From NCBI GenBank assembly GCA_963703315.1, contig OY969811.1:1920001-1984000 (forward strand): DNA of 64,000 bases. Direction: 5' to 3'. Source of the DNA: an uncultured cyanobacterium. Lineage in GTDB: Bacteria > Cyanobacteriota > Cyanobacteriia > Pseudanabaenales > Pseudanabaenaceae. The notes under the pieces are model-generated. The model did not search any database. It saw only the letters and a list, made by a program, of their open reading frames with translations, and was not told the DNA's origin. A program made the position numbers and the translations under genes. Below, piece by piece: positions 28,665 to 38,472 of the stretch. Position 1 is the stretch's first letter. The number at the start of each line of letters is the position of its first letter.

Positions 28665-29735
28665 TTAGTCTATGCGAGCGATCGCCGCAACTGGACCACC
28701 GCCAGAGGGTCCTTGATGTTCAGCACCTCCAGATACATAGACCATCGGATCTTGGACGATAGAAGCCACTACTGCTCCCACCACAGCCCTTGCCATGCGT
28801 GTATGGTTGATATCAGAGTCATCCATCATCGTATGTCTTCTCCCCAAAAGCTCTCCCGTTGGGTCAGCCTCGGCTTTAGCAAATATATTGATGACCCGAT
28901 CGCTTGTTTGACCTGTGGAGGCGATCGCCTTAGTTACAGCTTGAGCATCCAGAGCGTGTTGCATCACACTATGACCAATCACAAAGTTACTAGTGGATGT
29001 CGGGGCATTCCCTAAGACCAAAATCTCGCAATTGCGTAACTCCACCCCTGCGGAGGTGGAAGCAACCGTGGAGTACAAAGCATAATTTTGGCAAATATCT
29101 GCCTCTGTAAGATCTTCTAGTCGAACTTCACCCAAGGCGACCGCTACACCTAGCGCTGAGGCTCCACGCGAGTAACCCATTGACTGATAGCTGCTTACCG
29201 ATTTACTAACTGATTTCTCTTTTGGAGATTCATCTAGCAAGCGATCGCGACTGGTGACAAGGGGACATTTGATCTGGACAAAATGCACATCGTCTTTAGC
29301 GATTCCTGCGGTAGCGATCGCCTGATTAACTGCCGCAGCAACTTCTTTAACCATTGTTAACGATCCAATTTCCGCAGGGGTAAAATCACGGGTATGAATC
29401 ACTCCCAAGGTTAAAGCCATACGGGTTGGGGTGTCTGTCGATGAAGGTTGACTTGTAAAAATTGTCAAATGCGGGCTTAAGGCTCCCTCAGTACCGCCCG
29501 ACATGACATAGACAATCGCTGCCGCTTGCTCCTGTCCGACAAAATTAGCGAGGTAGTTTTTTAAGGTTTGGACAGCAAAGCCGCGTGTGAAGTCATTCAC
29601 ACAGCCATTTCCTTCTGTCTTGCCCATAATCGCCACAATGTGCTGGGGATTAATTTTGCCTGAAGCGATCGCTGCTTCTAGAGCCGTGAGATCATCAGGG
29701 CTATTTTGAGGAAGCTTGTATACATCAACTTTCAT
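28665..29735 (-). CDS. atzD: Ring-opening amidohydrolase, cyanuric acid hydrolase (AtzD/TrzD)-type
   Basis: GKTEGNGCVNDFTR, VMSGGTEG, HFVQIKCPL, SMGYSRGASALG, STSAG, YVSGGAEHQGP.GGGP. Confidence 0.88.
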   Translation of the reverse strand: MKVDVYKLPQNSPDDLTALEAAIASGKINPQHIVAIMGKTEGNGCVNDFTRGFAVQTLKNYLANFVGQEQAAAIVYVMSGGTEGALSPHLTIFTSQPSSTDTPTRMALTLGVIHTRDFTPAEIGSLTMVKEVAAAVNQAIATAGIAKDDVHFVQIKCPLVTSRDRLLDESPKEKSVSKSVSSYQSMGYSRGASALGVAVALGEVRLEDLTEADICQNYALYSTVASTSAGVELRNCEILVLGNAPTSTSNFVIGHSVMQHALDAQAVTKAIASTGQTSDRVINIFAKAEADPTGELLGRRHTMMDDSDINHTRMARAVVGAVVASIVQDPMVYVSGGAEHQGPSGGGPVAAIARID

Positions 29736-29771
29736 TTTTTTATTGGAGATAGGGTTTTGTGTTGCCGTTCC

Positions 29772-30674
29772 TTATGCTGGTTTATGGTGCTTGTGCCAAT
29801 GATGGGCAATGTCAATACGGCGACAAATCCAGACGCGATCGCGGCTCTGCACATAGTCTAAAAATCTCGCCAAAGCCGCCGCCCGTCCTGCTCTGCCCAC
29901 TAAGCGACAATGTAAACCGATGCTCATCATTTTGGGAGAGGTGTCGCCTTCGTCGTAGAGAACATCAAAGGCATCGCGCAAATAGGCAAAAAACTGATCG
30001 CCCGAATTAAAGCCTTGGGGCGTGGCAAAACGCATATCATTATTGTCGAGGGTATAGGGAATAACTAGGTGCGGCTTGCCATATTCATAGTTCCAATAGG
30101 GAAGGTCATCGGCATAGCTGTCGGAATCATAGAGAAATCCACCTTCTTCCACAACTAAACGGCGTGTATGCTCACTAGTCCGCCCCGTATACCAGCCGAG
30201 CGGACGTTCCCCTGTTACTTGTGTATGAATCGCGATCGCCTTTTGCAAATGTTCTCGCTCTTGTTCAGGAGAAAAATATTTGTAATCAATCCAACGATAG
30301 CCATGACTAGCAATTTCCCAATCTGCTTCCAGCATGGCGGAAACAGCTTCAGGGTTACGAGCGAGCGCCATCGCAATACCATAAATAGTTACAGGAATAT
30401 GGCGATCGCAAAACATCCGATATAAGCGCCAAAATCCTGCACGACTACCATATTCATAACAGGATTCCATATTCATGTGACGCAATCCATTAAAGGGAAC
30501 TGCGCCCACAATTTCTGATAGAAAAGTTTCAGAGGTACTGTCTCCATGCAGAATACAAGTTTCGCCACCTTCCTCGTAATTAATCACAAACTGGACAGCC
30601 ACACGAGCATTATCTTTCCATTTTGCATCAGGAGTAAATCTCCCGTAGCCAATCATGTCTCTTGGATATGTCAT
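29772..30674 (-). CDS. puuE: Allantoinase PuuE (polysaccharide deacetylase fold)
   Basis: YPRDMIGYG, QFVINYEEGGE, YEYGSRAGFWRL, PYTLD.NDMRF, MMSIGLHCRL.GR. Confidence 0.95.
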   Translation of the reverse strand: MTYPRDMIGYGRFTPDAKWKDNARVAVQFVINYEEGGETCILHGDSTSETFLSEIVGAVPFNGLRHMNMESCYEYGSRAGFWRLYRMFCDRHIPVTIYGIAMALARNPEAVSAMLEADWEIASHGYRWIDYKYFSPEQEREHLQKAIAIHTQVTGERPLGWYTGRTSEHTRRLVVEEGGFLYDSDSYADDLPYWNYEYGKPHLVIPYTLDNNDMRFATPQGFNSGDQFFAYLRDAFDVLYDEGDTSPKMMSIGLHCRLVGRAGRAAALARFLDYVQSRDRVWICRRIDIAHHWHKHHKPA

Positions 30675-30715
30675 GGTTATATATGGGTAATTCCTAATTC
30701 GTAATTCGTAATTGA

Positions 30716-31216
30716 TTAACTACTAATCGCTAAAACCAAACGCCATCTAGCAATTTCGATAATTTCGGCGATCGCCGTTTGCTTCTCTACTTCCAGATTA
30801 TTCTGAAGTCTTTGCTCAAAAGCAGCAAGAATACTATCTTTGGTATGGTTGCGAACAGCGATGATAAAAGGGAATGAGAACTTCTCTTTATAGGCTTGAT
30901 TAAGATTTTGAAAGCGATCGTATTCTGCGGCAGAGAGTTGATCGAGTCCGATGGTGGATTGCTCCTGTACTGAAGCTTCCGCCATTTTGAACTTACTGCC
31001 CAGATCGGGGTGAGCGCAGATGAGCTTTAATTTCTCAGCATCACTCATTCTCAAGACGATCGCCGCCATGACTTGGTGCAGATTTTGGACATCGATAAAA
31101 GGACGCGATCGCCATGCTTCGGCGGCTATTTCGGGTGTGTGTTCAAAGATCGAACCGAGGGCTTCAATAAATTCTGACTGACTCATTTGGTTGAGAGTAT
31201 TGATCGTATAACTCAA
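30716..31216 (-). CDS. uraD: OHCU decarboxylase
   Basis: IFEHTP.IA, AHPDLG, S..EQ...GL, N..Y..KF.FPFIIAVR, EI..IA..RL. Confidence 0.95.
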   Translation of the reverse strand: MSYTINTLNQMSQSEFIEALGSIFEHTPEIAAEAWRSRPFIDVQNLHQVMAAIVLRMSDAEKLKLICAHPDLGSKFKMAEASVQEQSTIGLDQLSAAEYDRFQNLNQAYKEKFSFPFIIAVRNHTKDSILAAFEQRLQNNLEVEKQTAIAEIIEIARWRLVLAISS

Positions 31217-32382
31217 TGCAATGGTCCTCCACTGATAATTTTGGCGATCGCACTGGTGACATCTAAGGGACTTTCCTGCGAGAGTTGGTCATACCACTTT
31301 TGGGTAACTTCAGGATCTTTGCCATGAATAGCTTCCGCCCGATTACGCGCTTTATTCACGATTTCAGTAGTGCGGACTTTGCGTTCCTTTTCGTAACGCA
31401 TCAGGGCATCGGCAACACTTACATTAGTTGATAATAGATAATTAGCGATCACAAAGCTATCTTCGAGAGCTTGACATCCACCCTGTCCGAGATCTGGGCA
31501 AGTCGCATGAGCTGCGTCCCCCAAAAGAGCTACCCGACCCTTGACCATTTTTTCAATAGGTCCTACATCATGGATTTCTACCCTCGCAACATTCTCAGGA
31601 TCGAGACGATCAATTAGTAACTGCACAGGCTTTGCCCAGTCTTGAAAATATTCCTTGAGTTCTATTTGATAGTTAGCGCGATCATTAGTTGTACCTTTGG
31701 GGAGTGGCACATCAAAAAAGAAATAGAAGCGATCGCCAGCAACAGGCATCATCGAGGCGCGTTTATGTTCTCCCACATAGATCGACCACATATCCGCAGG
31801 GGCAAGATCATCACTAATCGGAACCAATCCATTCCAATTTACATAGCCTTGATAGGTTGGTTCAATTGTTTCATTGAGAACATATTTCCGTAACAGCGAA
31901 CGCACTCCATCGGCAGCGATTAGCACATCGCCCGAGGCCGCACTTCCATCTTCAAATTTAGCGGTAACATCGCGATCGCTTTCTATGCAATCAATACATT
32001 TAGTACCAAGAGTTATCTTGCCGCCTAGGGACTCAAATGACGATAAGAGAAGATTTTGTAAATCTCGTCTTGCCACAGGGTAAGGACGTTGACCGACTTC
32101 ATCAATTAAAGGTTGAAGAGGAATTTCATTGAGTAAGTTCCCCGACAAATGGCGGTATTCCATCCGATTCATGATTCCACCGATTGCTGCCATTTTCTCG
32201 CCCAAACCAAGACGATTGAGAACTTTAACGCCATTTGACCAAAGCGAAATCCCTGAACCCGTAGGACGCAAATCCCGTACGCGATCGTAAATTTCCACTT
32301 CGTAGCCAGACTGTCGCAGCGAGATTCCTGCTGTCAGACCACCGATACCTGCACCGATAATTATTGCTTTTAAACCGTACAC
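31213..32382 (-). CDS. hpxO: FAD-dependent urate hydroxylase
   Basis: GAGIGG, ISLWSNGVK.LN.LG, YVNWNGLV, YVGEHKR.S.MPV, GDAAH...PD.GQGGC; GTG at 32382 preferred start. Confidence 0.92.
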   Translation of the reverse strand: MYGLKAIIIGAGIGGLTAGISLRQSGYEVEIYDRVRDLRPTGSGISLWSNGVKVLNRLGLGEKMAAIGGIMNRMEYRHLSGNLLNEIPLQPLIDEVGQRPYPVARRDLQNLLLSSFESLGGKITLGTKCIDCIESDRDVTAKFEDGSAASGDVLIAADGVRSLLRKYVLNETIEPTYQGYVNWNGLVPISDDLAPADMWSIYVGEHKRASMMPVAGDRFYFFFDVPLPKGTTNDRANYQIELKEYFQDWAKPVQLLIDRLDPENVARVEIHDVGPIEKMVKGRVALLGDAAHATCPDLGQGGCQALEDSFVIANYLLSTNVSVADALMRYEKERKVRTTEIVNKARNRAEAIHGKDPEVTQKWYDQLSQESPLDVTSAIAKIISGGPLH

Positions 32383-32402
32383 GATGGCAATCCTACACAA
32401 AA

Positions 32403-32449
32403 TGTATACTGTATACAAAACTATTTTTAACCATTGTATATCAAGCTAC
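32403..32449 (-). promoter_or_regulatory. Putative NtcA-activated promoter with overlapping GntR operator
   Basis: GTA-N8-TAC at 32436-32449, 22-nt spacer, -10 TACAGT (32413-32408) inside TGTATACTGTATACA (32403-32417). Confidence 0.75.
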
Positions 32450-32532
32450 AAAACAGCAGGAGTTACGCAAAGTTGCATGGTCAGGAGATCGCAACTTTTT
32501 TGCCACATTGATCTTGCTATACAACAAATGTA

Positions 32533-32547
32533 TGTATACTGTATACA
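32533..32547. promoter_or_regulatory. Second putative GntR operator TGTATACTGTATACA
   Basis: Perfect consensus 130 bp from the first. Confidence 0.75.
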
Positions 32548-32634
32548 TACAAAATTTAGAGAATCCATCTATAACTGTCGCCAATCTTGTTAGGACACAA
32601 AACCAGAACATAAATTACTGAATCTTACGAGTTT

Positions 32635-33117
32635 ATGATTATTCCTATTCCTCAGCCTTTTCAGCCGATTGTGACATTTGCTCATCCTGTTTTGATGACT
32701 GCCACTTTGATCACCGCTATTTATGCAGCCTACTTGGGAATGCAATATCGCAAGGCGCGTAGCTCTGAAGGCGAAGTCAAGAAAGCTCTGATGTCTAAGC
32801 GTTACAACCTTCAGCATTACAAAATTGGTGCAATCTTTTTGGTGCTAATGGTCGGAGGTGCGATCGGAGGCATGGCGGTTACTTATAACAGCAGTGGCAA
32901 ACTGGCGATCGGAGCGCATTTATTTGCAGGTTTAGGATTAGCATTTTTAGCAGCTATATCGGCTTCTCTTGCACCATTAATGCAGCAGGGAAAAGAATGG
33001 GCAAGAATCTCACATATTTCAATCAATACCGTAATTCTCGGTATTTTTTCTTGGCAATTGCTTACGGGTTTAAATATTGTGCAGCGTATTTTAGAGCAAA
33101 TGTCAAAAGCATCTTAA
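32635..33117 (+). CDS. DUF4079-like membrane protein
   Basis: HP.LM, YAAYLG...R..R, H...G, H...GL, H...N: four-His cytochrome-b-like pattern. Confidence 0.8.
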   Translation: MIIPIPQPFQPIVTFAHPVLMTATLITAIYAAYLGMQYRKARSSEGEVKKALMSKRYNLQHYKIGAIFLVLMVGGAIGGMAVTYNSSGKLAIGAHLFAGLGLAFLAAISASLAPLMQQGKEWARISHISINTVILGIFSWQLLTGLNIVQRILEQMSKAS

Positions 33118-33746
33118 TAATTTTTGTACAGGCATAAAGTAATCTCAGACTCATAAAATTTAATGTTGCTAGATATATCGCAATATTAAATTTTTAGCTA
33201 TTATTATTAATGATTATTCTTTGCTAAATTAGCAAAGATAATGGGTTAAGCGATTACTAACTTAGCCTATATTTAATTTTAGAAATTTACTTGGTAATAA
33301 GAATAATAAGTACAGCCTATTGCGACTTAAAGTAGTACAGAGAGATCTTTAAGTTGGCGCAAAACACTGCATCTAAAAATAATTAAAAATTAGAATCAAA
33401 ACTTATAGCGCATAGTTCTTGGTGTCATAGATTTTGAGATTTTATATTTAATTATGTCTAGCTTTCTACTGACTATTTTAAAAACTTTATAGATAATAAT
33501 TTTAAATAAATTAAAATAGCTAATTTATTTAAAATTGACTCGACAAAAAAGTAACTTAGAATACCATTACTTTGTGAAAGCTCTGTTGTAATAAAGTCTA
33601 TATGTCAAGCTAGTTTGTTAATTTACTATATTAACTAAGGAAACTAATTAATTTTTTGCTGATATTATGAGGGCATTTCTTTATGATATCAAATCTCTTA
33701 AGCAAAGTATTAATTGTTACATTTAGATTGAGTTTACTAACTAGTT

Positions 33747-34331
33747 TTGGCAATCAAAAATCAGAGTCGTAAAAGTATGCGTAGGAATAAGTTCGGCAGT
33801 ATGTTCAAATCACCTAGTTCTAAATTACTTACTAAATTCAGTAGTCTTTGCTTAGCCCTAGTAATCATGTTGGGTGTCTTTTTAGGTAATCCAATTAATG
33901 CACAGGCAAATGTCACCACATCCAATTTTGATGGCTTTGTTTCTGAGATGAGATCGCCTGCCGATGGCACAAATTTTTCTTTGCTACTAGCAGATGCGGC
34001 AGTAGAACCTGAAGCAACACCAGAAACTCCAGAAGCAAAAGCCGCCGCTAAACTCGAAGCCAAAAAAGCTAAGGCTGCCGCTAAACTCGAAGCTAAAAAG
34101 CTCAAGGAAGCTGCTGAAGCTGAAGCTGCTGAAGTAAAAGCGGCGGAAAAAGCAGCTAAAAAAGCGGCTAAGCTAGAAGCAAAAAAGGCGAAGGAAGCAG
34201 CTAAACTTGAAGCCAAAAAAGCTAAGGAAGCAGAAAAAGCGGCTGCGACTGAAGAAGAACCATTGAAAGAATCTCCTGAAGCAGCACCTTCAGAGCCAGC
34301 AGCAGCAGTAGAAACTGAACCTACTCCTTAG
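33747..34331 (+). CDS. Secreted Ala/Lys/Glu-rich low-complexity protein
   Basis: Signal peptide (AQA); AAKLEAKKAK repeats; real start probably 33777 or 33801. Confidence 0.7.
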   Translation: MAIKNQSRKSMRRNKFGSMFKSPSSKLLTKFSSLCLALVIMLGVFLGNPINAQANVTTSNFDGFVSEMRSPADGTNFSLLLADAAVEPEATPETPEAKAAAKLEAKKAKAAAKLEAKKLKEAAEAEAAEVKAAEKAAKKAAKLEAKKAKEAAKLEAKKAKEAEKAAATEEEPLKESPEAAPSEPAAAVETEPTP

Positions 34332-34474
34332 TTATCGCGATTTTGAGTTTGCCTAAGGTAAATTCAAAGGTCAAAACCTTTACTGTGATTGTCTTTGGGT
34401 TTGCAAATGAGCATCCACTCATTTGCAAACCTCTATACCGATAAATAATCTATGATCTAATTCAGGGCAAGAAA

Positions 34475-35263
34475 ATGACTTCGGCAATTCCGCGATCGCA
34501 ATCCAAGTTCAACCTGAGTGCCTACTTAATTAGCGATAAACCAGCAGGATTCTTATTAAGTTGGGTAGCTGGATTTGTGGATACTTCTGCATTTATTATT
34601 CTATTTGGACTCTTCACCGCCCATGTAACTGGAAATATTGCTTTAGCGGGGTCTTCATTTGTGAGTTCTGACACTGAGACAACGATTACCCGTTTATTGA
34701 TGTTGCCCACATTTGTAGTCACTGTCGCTTTGACTTCCCTGCTTGCTCGCTATGCCCGTAGTCAAAAGTGGTGTGTATTTGGAGTATTGTTGACTGCGGA
34801 AGCGATCGCCCTAGCAATCTTTCTATCACTGGGAATGACTCTTTCCCCTGAACTTCTATTTGATGTTCAAGAGGAGCTAATTCTACCCATTGGTATTTCT
34901 GGGGTAATTGCTATGGCAATTCAGAATGCTTTGATGAAAGAGGCAAAAGGAGTATTTAAAAGCTATATTCCCACGACAGTAATGACTGGAAATACTACGC
35001 AACTAACCATTGATGTAGTGCAGTTTTTTAGTGCAAAGTTGGCAAAAAATCAGACTGAATTAACTCAAATTGAAGCTGAAGAATCTTTAGAACGGATTAG
35101 CAGATTTGTACCAACGATCGCAGGTTTTGCCCTTGGTGGATTGCTTGCGGCTTGCTTTGTATTAGCTTCTGAGTCTTGGTGGAGCTTATCTCTACCTTTG
35201 ATTATTATCTCGATTTTGGCGATCGCTGCCTATGTTGAGCATGGGCGCGAATCTACCACATAA
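34475..35263 (+). CDS. YoaK/DUF1275 family membrane protein
   Basis: AGFVD...F..LFGLFTAHVTGN; MAIQNA; TTVMTGNTT. Confidence 0.88.
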   Translation: MTSAIPRSQSKFNLSAYLISDKPAGFLLSWVAGFVDTSAFIILFGLFTAHVTGNIALAGSSFVSSDTETTITRLLMLPTFVVTVALTSLLARYARSQKWCVFGVLLTAEAIALAIFLSLGMTLSPELLFDVQEELILPIGISGVIAMAIQNALMKEAKGVFKSYIPTTVMTGNTTQLTIDVVQFFSAKLAKNQTELTQIEAEESLERISRFVPTIAGFALGGLLAACFVLASESWWSLSLPLIIISILAIAAYVEHGRESTT

Positions 35264-35327
35264 GGATTGAATGAGCAGCGCCTTGCTACGCTCATCTACA
35301 TTTTTAAAATATTCTTAGGAAAAGCAA

Positions 35328-35945
35328 ATGAGACAACGTTTACTATCATTACTATCAATTTTTATCAGCGCTATTATTTTTGTGGGATTGCTTACGAGCA
35401 ATACAGTCCAAGCACAAACTATCTCTTCGCATACGGAAACTTGGCTAGCTGAGGTAGAGATGGCAGAACCAGTCATAGAAACTGAAGTTGCTGCACCTGA
35501 ATCTGCTGCACCTAAATCTGTAGCAGTATCGAAACCTGATGAGACAACTACTCTTCTCAAACAATTAGAAACAGAAATATTGCCCCAAATTGAGAGTGTC
35601 TTAACTCCAGAGCAACAATCGGAATTTGCCGCTAAGGTTGCCGCAGGAACTAGTTTTCGCAAAGCTTTTAAAGCTATAACTCTTACACCAGCGCAAAAAA
35701 GTAAACTGAGTACCGTATTTAAATCTATTCCTAAAAAAGATATTTTTGCGACACTTACTCCTGCTCAGAAGAAACAACTATTTTTGAAAAATAAACAGCT
35801 ATTTATTCCTAGTTCTGAAGAAATTGGCGCGAAGATTACTGCTGGTATGAAAATGGCAAAGGATAAGTCTCCTTTAGCACCATCCGCAGAATCGATTATC
35901 GAAAAAATCAATGCCAAAATGAAAGCTATTGAGACAGAGGAATAA
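35328..35945 (+). CDS. Secreted hypothetical protein with LTxxQ motifs (Spy/CpxP-like)
   Basis: Signal peptide; LTPEQ, LTPAQK twice. Confidence 0.6.
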   Translation: MRQRLLSLLSIFISAIIFVGLLTSNTVQAQTISSHTETWLAEVEMAEPVIETEVAAPESAAPKSVAVSKPDETTTLLKQLETEILPQIESVLTPEQQSEFAAKVAAGTSFRKAFKAITLTPAQKSKLSTVFKSIPKKDIFATLTPAQKKQLFLKNKQLFIPSSEEIGAKITAGMKMAKDKSPLAPSAESIIEKINAKMKAIETEE

Positions 35946-35947
35946 AG

Positions 35948-36178
35948 ATGGATAGTATGATGTCGGGTCGTTTGAATGATTGGTTGCTATTAGTAGCGGC
36001 GATCGTGGCGGCAATGGTCATATTTGCATCCTTAGCGAAGATTGCGAAATCAGTACTTGTACCATTTGCAGTTGTGGCGATCGCTTTAATTGTGGCAAAG
36101 ATTGCTTTTGGGATTACTCCAGAATATCTTTGGCATGAGTCAATTCATGTGATTAGGAGACTAGGAGCAAGATCCTAA
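35948..36178 (+). CDS. Small two-TM hypothetical protein
   Basis: 76 aa hydrophobic; ..FGITP..LW motif; coupled to upstream ORF. Confidence 0.65.
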   Translation: MDSMMSGRLNDWLLLVAAIVAAMVIFASLAKIAKSVLVPFAVVAIALIVAKIAFGITPEYLWHESIHVIRRLGARS

Positions 36179-36296
36179 AACCTGTGGCGCACGCTGCGCG
36201 TGCGCCACAGGTTTTAGAACTGTTTTTTAATTATGCCGAAGTAATTATAGGATGAGAGGTGCTTCGTTCCGACCATCCTATAAAGTTGAAAATCAC

Positions 36297-36986
36297 ATGA
36301 GAATTTTGCTAGTTGAAGATGAAGATGATCTGGGTAAGGCGCTACAACGGAGCTTAAGGCAAGAAAAATATATTGTTGATTGGGTACAGGACGGTGCAGA
36401 AGCATGGAGATATCTTTCAAGTCCTGAAGTAGATTATGTGCTGGCAGTTGTCGATTGGATGTTGCCAAGTTTATCGGGGTTGGAAATATGTAAGCGCTTG
36501 CGATCGCATGGTAATTCGCTGCCAGTGCTAATGCTGACGGCAAAGGATCAGATGCAAGATCGGGTGATGGGTTTAGACTCAGGGGCAGATGATTATCTTG
36601 TTAAGCCGTTTGGGATGGTGGAATTGATGGCGCGGCTGAGAGCGTTGCTACGAAGACCGCCTCAATTTCAGCCCCAAATTTTACAGGTAGGCAATTTGAT
36701 TCTTGATTATGGGAAGTCCACAATTGCGATCGCTAATCAAAATGCGATCGCTGAAGGCATCATGCTGACAACTAAAGAATTTCAGTTGTTAGAATACTTT
36801 ATGCAGCATCCTAATCAGATTCTTACCCGTGACCAGATTATGAATCGGCTATGGGAATTTCAATCCGAACCTGCTAGTAATGTCGTGGCAGCCCAAATTC
36901 GGCTGTTAAGAAAGAAATTAGCAGAATATAGTTGTGATATTGAGATTGAAACAATCTATGGTTTGGGATATCGCTTGAATTCATGA
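36297..36986 (+). CDS. rppA: OmpR-family response regulator, RppA/NrsR-like
   Basis: MRILLVEDE, DWMLP.LSG, GLDSGADDYLVKPF, LRRPPQFQPQ, SNVVAAQIRLLR. Confidence 0.85.
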   Translation: MRILLVEDEDDLGKALQRSLRQEKYIVDWVQDGAEAWRYLSSPEVDYVLAVVDWMLPSLSGLEICKRLRSHGNSLPVLMLTAKDQMQDRVMGLDSGADDYLVKPFGMVELMARLRALLRRPPQFQPQILQVGNLILDYGKSTIAIANQNAIAEGIMLTTKEFQLLEYFMQHPNQILTRDQIMNRLWEFQSEPASNVVAAQIRLLRKKLAEYSCDIEIETIYGLGYRLNS

Positions 36987-38320
36987 ATCACAATAAAATC
37001 TTTTTGGGAGCGCGGTTACATCTTGCAGGTTGGTATGCAGGCGTGATGGGAATCATTTTGACCCTATCAGGAGTCGGTATTTATCAGGTGATGGCTCATG
37101 CCCATTGGCAAGCAGTCGATCGCGAGTTAGAGTCCGTAGCTGGGACATTGCATGATAGTTTAGAACCTCTACTACAACAAAGCGATCGCATCGATCCGAG
37201 CGTCCAACAAATTCTTCCTAACCTTTGCATCATCGGTGAGAAATGTGAGCAAGAATCTTCCACAAGACATATTATGGGTGCGATCCAACAAGAAAGCTTC
37301 TATGCGTTATTTCTGACTCGTTCTGGAAACTTGATTGCCACAGTCGGAAAACCACCAATGGGAATTGTCCCTCAGATTGGACAAGAAGCTTGGCAAACAA
37401 TTGAGGATCGAGAGGGAAATCGTTATCATCAAATTTCACTTTTACTTAAAAATAATCGTGGGAAATCATGGGGATATCTGCAAGTAGGGCGATCGCTTGC
37501 TGACTATGACCATCATCTTGAGCAATCAAAATTAATATTGATCATTAGTTTACCGATTGTTTTTCTGATTGTGAGCATAGCAAGTTGGTATTTAGCAAGT
37601 ATTGCAATGAAACCAGTTTATTCTTCTTATCAACAAATTCAGCAATTCACCGCCGATGCTGCCCATGAACTGCGGACTCCGCTTGCAGCCATCCGCGCCA
37701 CAGTTGAATCTACTCTTAGTAGTGAGTCAATTTCTGAACTAGAGTCAAGAGATATTTTACAAACAATCAATCGCCAAGCAGTGCGACTTTCAGAACTGGT
37801 GCAAGATTTACTTCTGCTGTCGAGGATGGACTTACAACTAATTACTTTACAAAAGCAAGCTTGTTGTTTGAATGAAATTGTTAGTGATTTAGTTGAAGAA
37901 GTCTCAGCACTTGCCATCCAGTCAGATATTGATCTAAAACTGAACGTTGCCCATGAATCTACAATTTATGTCAATGGTAATCAAGAGCAACTCTATCGAC
38001 TAATTCTAAATATTCTAATCAATGCAATTCATTACACGCCTGAACATGGCAAAGTTGAGGTATCTCTCGATCACATCGAGCATCATGCGATTATCCAAAT
38101 TCAGGATAATGGAATTGGTATAAGTTCCATTGATTTACCCAACATCTTCGATCGCTTCTATCGAGTAAGTAGCGATCGCTCTCGCAAAAAAGGTGGATCT
38201 GGTTTAGGCTTGGCGATCGCACAGGCGATCGTCAAATCTCATAATGGCGATATTCAAGCTAAGAGTGAGATTGAACAAGGTAGTACATTTACAATTAAGA
38301 TGCCATTAATAGCAATATAA
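36983..38320 (+). CDS. rppB: Sensor histidine kinase, RppB/NrsS-like
   Basis: ELESVAGTLHD.LE, QFTADAAHELRTPL H-box, N/G boxes; two TMs; ATGA overlap with regulator. Confidence 0.85.
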   Translation: MNHNKIFLGARLHLAGWYAGVMGIILTLSGVGIYQVMAHAHWQAVDRELESVAGTLHDSLEPLLQQSDRIDPSVQQILPNLCIIGEKCEQESSTRHIMGAIQQESFYALFLTRSGNLIATVGKPPMGIVPQIGQEAWQTIEDREGNRYHQISLLLKNNRGKSWGYLQVGRSLADYDHHLEQSKLILIISLPIVFLIVSIASWYLASIAMKPVYSSYQQIQQFTADAAHELRTPLAAIRATVESTLSSESISELESRDILQTINRQAVRLSELVQDLLLLSRMDLQLITLQKQACCLNEIVSDLVEEVSALAIQSDIDLKLNVAHESTIYVNGNQEQLYRLILNILINAIHYTPEHGKVEVSLDHIEHHAIIQIQDNGIGISSIDLPNIFDRFYRVSSDRSRKKGGSGLGLAIAQAIVKSHNGDIQAKSEIEQGSTFTIKMPLIAI

Positions 38321-38472
38321 GTAAGACTTACGCATAAGATTTGCGGGGGGGATTGGCTAGCGATCGCGTCTAAAAATCAACTTTTGATTTTGTGGGTGAC
38401 GATGCAAAATGTTTGCGGGTATAGTTTAAACTTATTTGATTCAGTTAGGCTTGAATTAGGGAGTTTTGCGCG

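Noticed and set aside
28165..32418. Track starts for uraH (28201) and hpxO (32418), both beginning MYTV..
   Set aside because: The shared peptide is just the translated operator; downstream starts at 28165 and 32382 fit the families
33761..34216. 151-aa antisense Ala/Ser-rich ORF and similar antisense ORFs over pentapeptide genes
   Set aside because: Expected shadows of low-complexity sense genes
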